DNA of 63,985 nucleotides, counting the filler, from Phoronis australis (taxonomy: Eukaryota > Animalia > Phoronida): the NCBI GenBank assembly GCA_002633005.1. It is 8 parts of 8 records of this genome, joined end to end, with 100 filler letters (N's around TTAATTAATTAA, not from the genome) between each part and the next. Parts side by side here need not be neighbours in the genome. Positions count along the whole stretch, not along the records: positions 1 to 23,344 come from NMRA01000747.1; positions 23,445 to 28,104 come from NMRA01002523.1; 6 more parts are not named here. One strand, written 5' to 3'. This document shows positions 12,201-24,647 of the stretch, one piece after another. How positions within the stretch are numbered: the first letter of the stretch is position 1; every line of letters begins with the position of its first letter. The translations under genes and the position numbers were made by a program. The notes under the pieces are model-generated. The model saw nothing but the letters and a program-made list of their open reading frames with translations, was not told where the DNA came from and ran no database searches.

Positions 12201-15200
12201 AAAGTTCTGATTTTGCACTTTTTGCCCTTTTGTTTCTTAGTTCTGCTTGGTTTCCACTGGGAGTCAAATGGTCAAAAATACAAGAGAGTACAAAGTTTCT
12301 GTGCTCATCTGTAGGATTTGTGATGTGAAATGACTCAAAACTTTTCTTTATTTGCGTGCAGTTTTTGACAGTGAGTGAAGAAAGGTGAAGAGTCCATTGA
12401 CGTGTGTTCTGATAGGCAAATCCCCATGAGAACTGTACAGTGCCTCGTAAGGAAAAAATGCGCAGGTCCGTATCGATTGATGGCGTAATGAAAAAATGGC
12501 AGGCCCGTTTTAAGTAATGGCCTAATGAAAAAACGGACAGGTCCGTATCGACTGATGGACTAATAAAAATGGACAGGTCCATACCGACTGATGGCCTATT
12601 GAAAAATTGAGCAGGTCACTTTTGACTAATGCCCTATTGAAAAAATGGGCAGCTCTGTATCGACTTGTGTGGCCTAATGAAAACTAGGACAGATCTGTAT
12701 TGACTGATGCCCTAATGAAAAAATGGGCAGGCCCGTATCAACTGATGGCATGATGAGAATTTGGCAGGTCCATATCGACTGATGGTCTAATGAAAAAAAG
12801 AGCAGATCAGTTTTGACTAATGGCCTAATGATGAAATGAGCAGGTCCCTATCGACCGATTGCCTAATGAAAAAATGGGCAGGTCCGTATCGACTAATGCC
12901 CGAATGAAAAAATGGGCAGGTCCGTATCGACTTGTGGCTTAATAAACATATGGACAGGTCCGTATCGACTGATGGCCTCATAAAAAAACGGGCAGGTCCG
13001 TATCGACTGATGACATAATGTAAAAAATGGCAGGTCCATTTTAACTAATGCGATAATGAAAATGCACAGTTCCGTATCGAGTGATGGCCGAATAAAAAAA
13101 TGGACATGTTCGTATCGGCTGATGGCGTAATGAAATAATTTGCAGTTCCGTTTTAACTAATGGCCTACTTAAAAAATGGACATGTCCATTTTGACTAACG
13201 ACCATCATAACCTAGGGTGGCATTGCTGCACTCCCAAAATATTAAAATTTTGGGGTAGGTCAAGTTTGGGGGCATTTTGTAGGTGGGCATTGCATGTAGG
13301 CCCAGTGAATGTGGTTCGTTTGCATTTGTGAACATGCTGAGAATAAAAAGACTTCTTTCTCAGCTGTAGCGGCACTCTTCTTCAAGATGGTGGTCCCCGG
13401 TTGCAATTGTGCATTGCTGGGTAGCGACTGAGAAATTGGCCGCGATTTCAGGTAGCCCTCAAACAAGCCAGATTTGCAAAAAAACTAGTTAGTTGACAGT
13501 ACTTTTGGACCACATTTTCGGAATCTGTAGGAAATTTTCCTTCAGAATCTATTCTTGGTTTTAGTCGTGCATCGGCAGAGAAGTGGTGATTTTAGGGTGA
13601 AAAGTGCCGATTTTGCATTTTTTGCCCTTATGTTACCTAGTTCAGCTTGGTTTCCACTTGGAGTGAAATGGTCAAAAATACAAGAGAGTACAAAGCTTCT
13701 GTGCTCATCTGTAGGGCTTCTGGTGTGAAATGACTCAAAACTGTTCTTTATTTGCATGCAGTTTTTGATCGAGTGAAGGAAGAGTGGAGAGTCCATTGAC
13801 GTTTTTTCTGATAGGCAAATCCCCATAGACCCTATTCACGCCGACAGGGGCGCGTTCCAAAACGAGGCTCGCTACGATAGCTCTGTTAGCTTATCGGCAT
13901 TGGAGTCTGTGTTTCAGTCAGTGTTGTTCCATGAACGGCTAGAAAAAATACGGACACGCAACTGTCTGCTTTACAATCTCTAAAGACGTTGAGATTCGGA
14001 AGCGTTGGGTCGTTGCCATATGCCGCGATGAAGCAAAATATGTCCATGTAAAATAAATGTTTTCGAAAAGTTAGATCATATTTTGTCGCATCTCGGTCAG
14101 TTGTCAAGCATCATAGTAACGACCGGAGAATGGGCCAGCCTGGCTGTATTTTCGTGACTACGGATTTAGGATGCCCCCCCTAAAATTGTGTCAGATCCCA
14201 TTTTTGAGTTCGGGTGCGAATTGCTGACTAGCACACGCGTGCAACCAGTTGGTCTTGGTGGGTGAATAAACAACGCATATGCGCTGAATGAACCCCGTTT
14301 ACCGTTTTTTTTAGTCAACAGGTCCGCAAACCCAAGAATTCAAGACCCCTGCATCCCCAGATTTTAGGGTGGGTGCGCGCATCTGCCGAAATGCTGCTTA
14401 TTCCTGTGCCCTGCCCCCCCCAACTCAAAATCCGCTTCTGCTACGGGTTGAAACATTATAATTTTTCATTCCAAAAAGAACAGGGCCCTCAATCCCTCAA
14501 ATTTGGGGCCCAATATCGGCCCTATTCCCCTCTTAAAAATATTGAAATATCACGCGAAATTTCCCCCACGAGGCATAAAAATTCCCCTAGTGAAAAATCT
14601 CTCTGAGTTCACATCACCTGTAACCACACAGGTGACAATTTTTAAGAGCATAAATGGCTACTTTAAATTGAGACAGAGCCTATGAGAGCAACAGGGCGGG
14701 GGTGCTATTGATGGTGATCGGGAGGTTGATTGTTCCCGCCCTCACTCGGCGAAAAAATCGCCTCTCAGTAGGCACTGGCACCTTTCCCCTCGGATGAACG
14801 AGGTTCCTGCAGAAACATGATAACTATGATTTATTGATTGCATTGTCCAGTTAACTGAAATTGAGTTCTAAAACGAGGTTATGTTTTGTACGAATGAATT
14901 AGGTGTTTTAATTTAATTTAAAAATTCAACTTGGTCCAGATTGATATTTGAAATCTAACACATGAAATAAACGTAAGAATTATTACAACCAAGAAAGCAG
15001 AATTGATAGTCAAATAATTTTTATTTTCAATTACGAGCCTGGTTTATTATTTTAATAAAAAATATATTTAATAACATCAATTATTCTTTCAGATCAATGA
15101 CAAATCAACTGTTAGTCCCAGTGAGTGCATAGGATCAGGCTATGCTTGATGTTAATATTCTTGATCAACAAATTAAACCAGATGTGACTAATTGCACATG

Positions 15201-18200
15201 ACAGCCACCACTGTTAAATATTTCTTCAACTCGTCAACAATACGAGCAGATGACATGGTCCGGGTAGAAAGTATTTTGATCAACAATTTACAAGAAAAAA
15301 GTAACCCTGCATTCAGCATAATACCTAATCCGTAACACTACGATCGCCGCAATTTGGTCATATTTACTTTTCATGTTTCGAACCTAGTTTTCCGAAAAAA
15401 ATTAAACCCTTTCGTCAGACAACTGTTTGGCGCCTTAACTTGTTCTGTAATGAAATTTTCTACGTCTTTGTGTTTAATTGTCGACACATCATTAAAATTC
15501 AATATCCAGGTTGGACTCGAAAGACCGGCTATTTAACTCACGCAATGTCTACTTTTAAGTAAAAAAAGCTTAAACAAAGCTTAAAAGCTTTGTTTATCGC
15601 AGTGAGCCTCGCTTTGGATTTTAATGTCCGCCGCGTGAATAGAGTCTATGAGAACTGCATGTTCAGTGCCCCCTAATGAAAAAATGGGCAGGTCCGTATC
15701 GACTGATGGACTAATGAAAAAGTGGGCAGGTCCGTATCGACTGATGGACTAATAAAAAATGGACAGGTCCATATCGACTGATGACCTAATGAAAAAATGG
15801 ACAGGTCCATATCGACTGATGGACTAATGAAAAAATGGAGAGGTCCTTATCAACTGATGGACTAATGAAAAAATGGGCAGGTCCGTATTGACTGATGACC
15901 TAATGAAAAAATGAGCAGGTCCATATCGACTGATAGACTAATAAAAAAGGGACAGGTCCATATCGACTGATGGCCTAGTGAAAAAATGAGCAGATCAGTT
16001 TTGACTTATGGCCTAATGATGAAATGAGCAGGTCCGTATCGACCGATTGCCTAAAGTAAAAATGGGCAAGTCCGTATTAACTTGTGGCCTAATAAAAATA
16101 TGGACAGGTCCGTATCGACTGATGGCCTAATGAAAAAACGGGCAGGTCCGTATCGACTGATGGCATAATGTAAAAAATGGCAGGTCCGTTTTAACTAATG
16201 CGATAATGAAAATGTACAGTTCCGTATCGAGTGATGGCCTAATGAAAAAATGGACATGTTCGTATCGACTGATCGCGTAATGAAATAATTGGCAGTTCCG
16301 TTTTAACTAATGGCCTACTTAAAAAATGGACATGTCTGTTTTGACTAACGGCCATCATAACTTAGGGTGGCACTGATTAGTTAGGCTGCGGCCACGGCCA
16401 ATTTGCACTCCCAAAATATTAAAATTTTGGGGTAGGTCAAGTTTGGGGGCATTTTGTAGGTGGGCATTGCATGTAGGCTCAGTGAATGTGGTTCGTTGTT
16501 ATTTGTGAACATGCTAAGAATAAAAAGGCTACTTTCTCGGCTCTAGCGGCACTCTTCTTCAAGATGGTGGCTCCCGGTTGCAATTGTGCATTGCTGGGTA
16601 GCGACTGAGAAATTGGCCACGATTTCAGGTAGCCCTCCAAGAAGCCAGATTTGCAAAAAAACTGTCAGTTGACAGTACTTTTGGATCACATTTTCGGAAT
16701 CTGTAGGAAATTTGCCTTCAGAATCTATTCTTGGTTTTAGTCGTGCATCGCAAGAGAAGTGGTGATTTTAGGGTGAAAAGTGCCGATTTTGCATTTTTTG
16801 CCCTTATGTTTCCTAGTTCAGCTTGGTTTCCACTGGGAGTGAAATGGTCAAAAATACAAGAGAGTACAAACCTTCTGTGCTCATCTGTAGGGCTTCTGGT
16901 GTGAAATGACTCAAAACTGTTCTTTATTTGCATGCAGTTTTTGACCGAGTGAAGGAAGAGTGAAGAGTCCATTGACGTGTGTTCTGATAGGCAAATCCCC
17001 ATGAGAACTGTTCAGTGCCCCCTAATAAAAAAATGGGCAGGTCCGTATCGACTGATGGACTAATGAAAATATGGGCAGGTTCGTATCGACTGATGGACTA
17101 ATACAAAATGGACAGGTCCATATCGACTGATGACCTAATGAAAAAATGCTCAGGTCCGTATCGACTGATGGACTAATAAAAAATGGACAGGTCCATATCG
17201 ACTGATGACCTAATGGAAAAATGGACAGGTCCATATCGACTGATGAACTAATGAAAAAATGGGCAGGTCCGTACCGACTGATGACCTAATGAAAAAGTGG
17301 GAAAGGTCTGTATTGAGTGATAGACTAATAAGAAAATGGACAGGTCCATATCGACTGATGGCCTAATGAAAAAATTAGGAGATCAGTTTTGACTAATGGC
17401 CTAATGATGAAATGAGCAAGTCCGTATCGACCGATTGCCTAATGAAAAAATTGGCAGGTCCGTATTGACTAGTGCCCGAATGAAAAAATGCGCAGGTCCG
17501 TATCGACTTGTGGCCTAATAAAAATATGGACAGGTCCGTATCGACTGATGGCCTAATGAAAAAATGGGCAGATCCATATCGACTTATGGACTAATGAAAA
17601 AATGGGCAGGTCCGTATCGACTGATGGACTCATGAAAAAATGGACAGGTACATATCGACTGATGGCCTAGTGAAAAAATAAGCAGATCAGGTTTGACTAA
17701 TGGCCTAATGATCAAATGAGCAGGTCCGTATCGACCGATTGCCTAATGAAAAAATGCGCAGGTCCGTATCGACTTTTGGCCTAATAAAAATATGGACAGG
17801 TCCGTATCGACTCATTGCCTAATGAAAAAAGGGGCAGGTCCGTATCGACTGATATGGCATAATGTAAAAATGGCATTTCCATTTTAACTAATGCGATAAT
17901 GAAAATGCACAGTTCCGTATCGAGTGATGACCTAATGAAAAAATGGACATGTTCGTATCGACTGATGGCGTAATGAAATAATTGGCAGTTCCGTTTTGAC
18001 TAATGGCCTACTTAAAAAATGGACATGTCCGTTTTGATTAACGGCCATCATAACCTAGGGTGGCACTGATTAGTTACGCGTCACTCCCAAAATATTAAAA
18101 TTTTGGGGTAGGTGAAGTTTGGGGGCATTTTGTAGGTGGGAATTGCATGTAGGCTCAGTGAATGTGGTTCGTTTGCATTTGTGAACATGCTGAGAATAAA

Positions 18201-21200
18201 AAGCTACTTTCTCGGCTGTTGAGGCACTCTTCAAGATGGTGGACCCTGGTTGCAATTGTGCATTGCTGGGAAGCGACTGAGAAATTGGGTGCGATTTCTG
18301 GTAGCCCTCAATTAAGCCAGGTTTGCAAAAAAACTAGTTAGTTGACAGTACTTTTGGATCACATATTTTCGGAATCTGTAGGAAATTTGCCTTCAGAATC
18401 TATTCTTGGTTTTAGTTGTGCATTGGCAGAGAAGTGGTGATTTTAGGGTGAAAAGTGCCGATTTTGAATTTTTGCCCTTATGTTTCTTGGTTCAGCTTGG
18501 TTTCCACTGGGAGTCATGGTGAAATGGTCAAAAACACAAGAGAGTGCAAAGCTTCTGTGCTCATCTGTAGGGCTTCTGGTGTGAAATGACCCAAAACTGT
18601 TCTTTATTTGCATGCAGTTTTTGACCGAGTGAAGGAAGAGTGAAGAGTCCATTGACGTGTGTTCTGATAGGCAAATCGCCATGAGAACTGTTCAGTGCCC
18701 CGTATTGAAAAAATGGGCAGGTCCGTATCGACTGATGGACTAATAAAAAAATGGACAGGTCCATATCGACTGATGACCCAATGAAAAAATGGACAGGTGC
18801 ATATCGACTGATGGACTAATGAAAAAATGGACAGGTCCATATCGACTGATGAGCATTTGTGAACATGCTGAGAATAAAAAGGCTGCTTTCTCGGCTGTAG
18901 CGGCACTCTTCTTCAAGATGGTGGCCCCCAGTTGCAATCGTGCATTGCTGGGTAGCGACTGAGAATACGGCCGCGATTTCAGGTAGCTCTCAAACAAGCC
19001 AGATTTGCAAAAAAACTAGCTAGTTGACAGTGCTTTTCGATCACATTTTCGGAATCTGTAGGAAATTTGCCTTCATAATCTATTCTTGGTTATAGTCGTG
19101 CGTCGGCAGAGAAGTGGTGATTTTAGGGTGAAAAGTGCCGATTTTGCATTTTTTAACCTTATGTTTGTTAGTTCAGCGTGGTTTCCACTGGGAGTGAAAT
19201 GGTCGAAAATACAAGAGAGTACAAAGCTTCTGTGCTCATCTGTACGGCTTCTGGTGTGAAATGACTCAAAACTGTTCTTTATTTGCATGCAGTTTTTGAC
19301 CGAGTGAAGGAAGAGTAAAGAGTCCATTGACGTGTGTTCTGATAGGCAAATCCCCATGAGAACTGTTCAGTGCCCCCTAATAAAAAAATGGACAGGTCGA
19401 TATCCACTGATGGACTAATGAAAAAATGGGCAGGTCCGTATCGACTGATGACCTAATGAAAATATGGGCAGGCCGTATCGACTGATAGACTAATAAGAAA
19501 ATGAACAGGTCCATATCGACTGATGGACTCATGAAAAAATAGACAGGTCCATATCGACTGATGGCCTAATGAAAAAATGAGCAGATCAGTTTTGACTAAT
19601 GGCCTAATGATGAAATGAGCAGGTCCGTATCAACCGATTGCCTAATGAAAAAATGGCCAGGTCCGTATCGACTAATGCCCGAATAAAAAAATATNTGACT
19701 AATGTCCTAATGATGAAGTGAGCAGGTCCGTATCAACCGATTGCCTAATGAAAAAATGGTCAGGTCCGTATCTATTAATGCCCGAATAAAAAAATATATA
19801 GGTCCGTATCAACTTGTGGCCTAATAAACATATGGACAGGTCTGTATCGACTGATGGCGTAATGAAAAAACGGGCAGGTCCGTATCGACTGATGGCATAA
19901 TGTAAAAAATGGCAGGTCCGTTTTAACTAATGCGATAATGAAAATGCACAGTTCCGTATCGAGTGATGGCATAATGAAAAAATGGACATGTTCGTATCGA
20001 CTGGTGGCATAATGAAATAATTGGCAGTTCCGTTTTAACTAATGGCCTACTTAAAAAATGGACATGTCCGTTTTGACTAACAGCCATCATAACCTAGGGT
20101 GGCACTGATAAGTTAGGCTGCTCCCCCAAAATATTAGAATTTTGGGGTAGGTCAAGTTTGGGGGCATTTTGTAGGTGGGAATTGCATGTAGGCTCAGTGA
20201 ATTGCATGGAAGCTCAGTGAATGTGGTTCGTTTGCATTTGTGAACATGCTGAGAATAAAAAGGCTAATTTCTCNGCCATCATAACCTAGGGTGGCACTGA
20301 TAAGTTAGGCTGCTCCCCCAAAATGTTAGAATTTTGGGGTAGGTCAAGTTTGGGGGCATTTTGTAGGTGGGGATTGCATATAAGCTCAGTGAATGTGGTT
20401 CGTTTGCATTTGTGAACATGCTGAGAATAAAAAGGCTAATTTCTCGACTGTAGCGGCACTCTTCTTCAAGATGGTGGCCCCCAGTTGCAATCGTGCATTG
20501 CTGGGTAGCGACTGAGAATACGGCCGCGATTTCAGGTAGCTCTCAAACAAGCCAGATTTGCAAAAAAACTAGCTAGTTGACAGTACTTTTCGATCACATT
20601 TTCGGAATCTGTAGGAAATTTGCCTTCAGAATCTATTCTTGGTTTTAGTCGTGCGTCGGCAGAGAAGTGGTGATTTTAGGAAGAAAAGTGCCGATTTTGC
20701 ATTTTTTAACCTTATGTGTGTTAGTTCAGCGTTGTTTCCACTGGGAGTGAAATGGTCGAAAATACAAGAGAGTACAAAGCTTCTGTGCTCATCTGTACGG
20801 CTTCTGGTGTGAAATGACTCAAAACTGTTCTTTATTTGCATGCAGTTTTTGACCGAGTGAAGGAAGAGTGAAGTGTCCATTGACGTGTGTTCTGATAGGC
20901 AAATCCCCATGAGAACTGTTCAGTGCCCCCTAATAAAAAAATGGGCACGTCCGTATCGACTGATGGACTAATGAAAAAATGGGCAGGTCCGTATCGCCTG
21001 ATGACCTAATGAAAAAATGGACAGGTCCATATCGACTGATGGACTAATGAAAAAATGGACAGGTCCATATCCACTGATGGACTAATGAAAAAATGGGCAG
21101 GTCCGTATCGACTGATGACCTAATGAAAAAAATGGGCAGGCCGTATCGACTGATAGACTAATAAGAAAATGAACAGGTCCATATCGACTGATGGCCTAAT

Positions 21201-23344
21201 GAAAAAATGAGCAGATCAGTTTTGACCAATGGCCTAATGATGAAGTGAGCAGGTCCGTATCGACCGATTGCCTAAAGAAAAAATGGACATGTTCGTATCG
21301 ACTGATGGTGTAAGGAAATAATTGGCAGTTCCGTTTTAACTAATGGCCTACTTAAAAAATGGACATGTCCATTTTGACTAACGGCCATCATAACCTAGGG
21401 TGGCACTGATTAGTTATGCTGCACTCCCAAAATATAAAAATTTTGGGGTAGGTCAAGTTTGGGGGTATTTTGTAGGTGGGCATTGCATGTAGGCTCAGTG
21501 AATGTGGTTCGTTTGCATTTGTGAATAAGCTGAGAATAAAAAGGCTACTTTCTCGGCTGTAGCGGCACTCTTCTTCAAGATGGTGGTCTCCGGTTGCAAT
21601 TGTGCATTGCTGGGAAGCGACTGAGAAATTGGCCGCGATTTCAGGTAGCTCTCAAACAAGCCAGATTTGCAAAACAAACTAGTTAGTTGACAGTACTTTT
21701 GGATCACATTTTCGGAATCTGTAGGGAATTTGCCTTCAGAATCTATTGTTGGTTTTAGTCATGCATCGGCAGAGAAGTGGTGATTTTAGGGTGAAAAGTG
21801 CCGATTTAGCATTTTTTGCCCTTATGTTTCTTAGTTCAGCTTGGGTTTCCACTGGGAGTGAAATGGTCAAAAATACAAGAGAGTACAAATTAAGCTTCTG
21901 TGCTCATCTGAAGGGCTTCTGGTGCGAAATGACTCAAAACTGTTGTTTATTTGCATGCAGTTTTTGACCGAGTGAAGGAAGAGTGAAGAGTTCCTTGACG
22001 TGTGTTCTGATAGGCAAATCCCCATGAGAACTGTTCAGTGCCCCCTAATGAAAATTTGGGCAGGTCCGTATCGACTGATGGACTAATGAAAAAATGGACA
22101 GGTCCATATCGACTGATGGACTAATGAAGAAATGGGCAGGTCCGCATCGACTGATGACCTAATGAAAAAAATGGGCAGGTCCGTATCGACTGATAGACTG
22201 ATAAGAAAATGGACAGGTCCATATCGACTGATGACCTAATGAAAAAAGAGCAGATCAGTTTTGACTAATGGCCTAATGATGAAATGAGCAGGTCCGTATT
22301 GACCGATTGCCTAATGAAAAATTGGGCAGGTCCGTATCGACTAATGCCCGAATGAAAAAATGCGCAGGTCTGTATCGACTGTTGGCCGAATAAAAATATG
22401 GACAGGTCCGTATCGACTCATGGCCTAAAAAAAAAGGGCCAGGTCCGTATCGACTGATGGCATAATGTAAAAAATGGCAGGTCCGTTTTAACTAATGCGA
22501 TATTAAAAAATGCACCTTTACGTATCGAGTGATGGCCTTATAAAAAAATGGACATGTTCATATCGACTGATGGCGTAATGAAATAATTGGCAGTTCCGTT
22601 TTAACTAATGGCCTACTTAAAAAATGAACATGTCCGTTTTGACTAACGGCCATCATAACCTAGGGTGGCTGACTGATTANTTATGCTGCACTCCCAAAAT
22701 ATTAAAATTTTGGGGTAGGTCAAGTTTGGGGGCATTTTGTAGGTGGGCATTGCATGTAGGCTCAGTGAATGTGGTTCGTTTGCATTTGTGAATAAGCTGA
22801 GAATAAAAAGGCTACTTTCTCGGCTGTAGCAGCACTCTTCTTCAAGATGGTGGTCTCCGGTTTCAGTTGTGCATTGCTGGGAAGCGACTGAGAAATTGGC
22901 CGCGATTTCAGGTAGCTCTCAAACAAGCCAGATTTGCAAAAAAAAACTAGTTAGTTGACAGTACTTTTGGATCACATTTTCGGAATCTGTAGGGAATTTG
23001 CCTTCAGAATCTATTGTTGGTTTTAGTCATGCATCGGCAGAGAAGTGGTGATTTTAGGGTGAAAGGTGCCGATTTAGCATTTTTTGCCCTTATGTTTCTT
23101 AGTTCAGCTTGGGTTTCCACTGGGAGTGAAATGGTCAAAAATGCAAGAGAGTACAAAGCTTCTGTGCTCATCTGAAGGGATTCTGGTGCGAAATGACTCA
23201 AAACTGTTCTTTATTTGCATGCAGTTTTTGACCGAGTGAAGGAAGAGTGAAGAGTCCCTTGACGTGTGTTCTGATAGGCAAATACCCATGAGAACTGTTC
23301 AGTGCCCCCAAATGAAAATTTGGGCAGGTCTGTATCGACTGATG
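9267..23344 (+). repeat. Compound macrosatellite: blocks of 38-bp monomers alternating with a ~660-bp conserved segment (9 segments plus a partial one upstream)
   Basis: Monomer consensus CTAATGAAAAAATGGGCAGGTCCGTATCGACTGATGGA. Conserved segments start CATCATAACC at about 9871, 11777, 13203, 16353, 18046, (18853, 5'-deleted), 20085, 21386, 22651 and end in ...GAGAACTGTTCAGTGCCCC. Runs off the contig end. Confidence 0.95.
13827..15647 (+). mobile_element. Non-autonomous ISL2EU-like DNA transposon (1821 bp, AT TSD) with degraded THAP, inserted in the macrosatellite
   Basis: Empty site CCCCAT-GAGAACTG is split with AT duplicated (13825-13826, 15648-15649). TIRs AGACCCTATTCACGC / GCGTGAATAGAGTCT match 14/15, plus subterminal TCCAAARCGAGGCTCRCTRCGATA. 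About 13900-14055 reads ...FTISKDVEIRKRWVVAICRDEAK (THAP remnant). Confidence 0.85.
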
Positions 23345-23444
23345 NNNNNNNNNNNNNNNNNNNNNNNNNNNNNNNNNNNNNNNNNNNNTTAATTAATTAA
23401 NNNNNNNNNNNNNNNNNNNNNNNNNNNNNNNNNNNNNNNNNNNN
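23345..23444. other. Artificial contig linker N44-TTAATTAATTAA-N44; same linker at 28105-28204, 30937-31036, 36545-36644, 49582-49681, 51844-51943, 61876-61975
   Basis: Identical 100-bp structure seven times. The 12-mer gives stop codons in all six frames. Confidence 0.98.
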
Positions 23445-24647
23445 TTCTACAAGAAAATAATTGTTGCAAGTAAAGAGGACTTTTTGAACCAACCTTTGTG
23501 GTTTAATAGTAACTTGGCGATCGGAGGCACAGGTGTTCTTTTATAAGCCTTGGTTTGTAAAAGGCTTGAGATTTATTAGAGATATGTAAATGTATACCTC
23601 TGATGGTGATTTTGTTAGTCTAAACAATATGAAAGATAGGTTCGACGTGAAAACCAACTTTGTAGAATATAATGGTGTTGTTTCTGTTCTAAGAAGGTTT
23701 CAAAAAAGTCTATTTCAAAGTAAATTTAAAAGTGTTAATGTCTACTCTCCTTGCATGCCTTTAGCAATTACTCTACGGAAAGATTTGAAGGGTTGTAGAC
23801 ATATTTGTTCAGTCTTTAATAACGTTAAGAAACCTAAGTCAGAGTCTAAATGGGAAATAGAGCTAGGAGATAGTTTAGATTGGAAGAAAATATATGCTTT
23901 ACCGTACAACATTACAAAGGATCCCCATATTAGATGGTTCCACTTTAGAATACTACATAGAATTATTGCAACAAATACCTTTTTAGTCAAAATATGTGTT
24001 AGGGATTCTGATCTATGTTCCAAGGATCCCCATATTAGATGGTTCCAATTTAGAATACTACATAGAATTATTGCAACAAATACCTTTTTAGTCAAAATAG
24101 ATGTTAGGGATTCTGATCTATGTTCCTTTTGTAATAAAGCTTCAGAGACGCTGTCACACCTTTTTTTGGGAATGTAGCTTTGTACAGGATTTCTGGAAGG
24201 AATTCGAAAAGATACTTCAAAAGTGTGGCATTCAGCCTCCCAACTGTCTGTCTTACGATATTGTTATTCTTGGACTTTACAAGACGCATGATTTTCTATT
24301 TAACATTTTACTTCTACTAGCTAAACAGTACATTTACAAAGAGAGATGTCACAAAAATGTACCTAATTTTCTCAAGTTCGTTACAAAAACTTATGAATAC
24401 TATAATGCTGAAAAATTAAATGCACATAAAAACTTTGTATATGACAGCTTCTCTGCAAAATGGGAAAAATTTATTGTGCATGTTAACTTCATGTAGAAGA
24501 TATTTACTTTAAACGAGATATGAGAATGGTCTTCCTGAGGTGTGCATGCGTGAATGAATGGTGTACTTATTTGTTTGTTTGTTTTTGTAATTGTTTGTAA
24601 AGGATAATAAATACATAAAAAGTCAAAAAAACAAAAAAAAAAAAAAA
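23445..24647 (+). mobile_element. L1/Tx1-clade LINE 3' end (ORF2 C-terminus with zf-RVT-type region, 3'UTR, poly-A); inactivated
   Basis: PLWFNSNL..., DWKKIY...WFQFRILHRIIATN...LCSFCNKASETLSHL[frameshift in T7 run at about 24161]FWECSFVQDFW...LLLAKQYIYK...KW. AATAAA at 24606 and A-tail at 24625-24647. Confidence 0.9.

Noticed and set aside
9267-23344. CRISPR array (38-bp periodic repeats with leader-like AT-rich segments)
   Set aside because: Monomers are contiguous with no unique spacers, there are no cas-like ORFs, and the context is eukaryotic with spliced genes.
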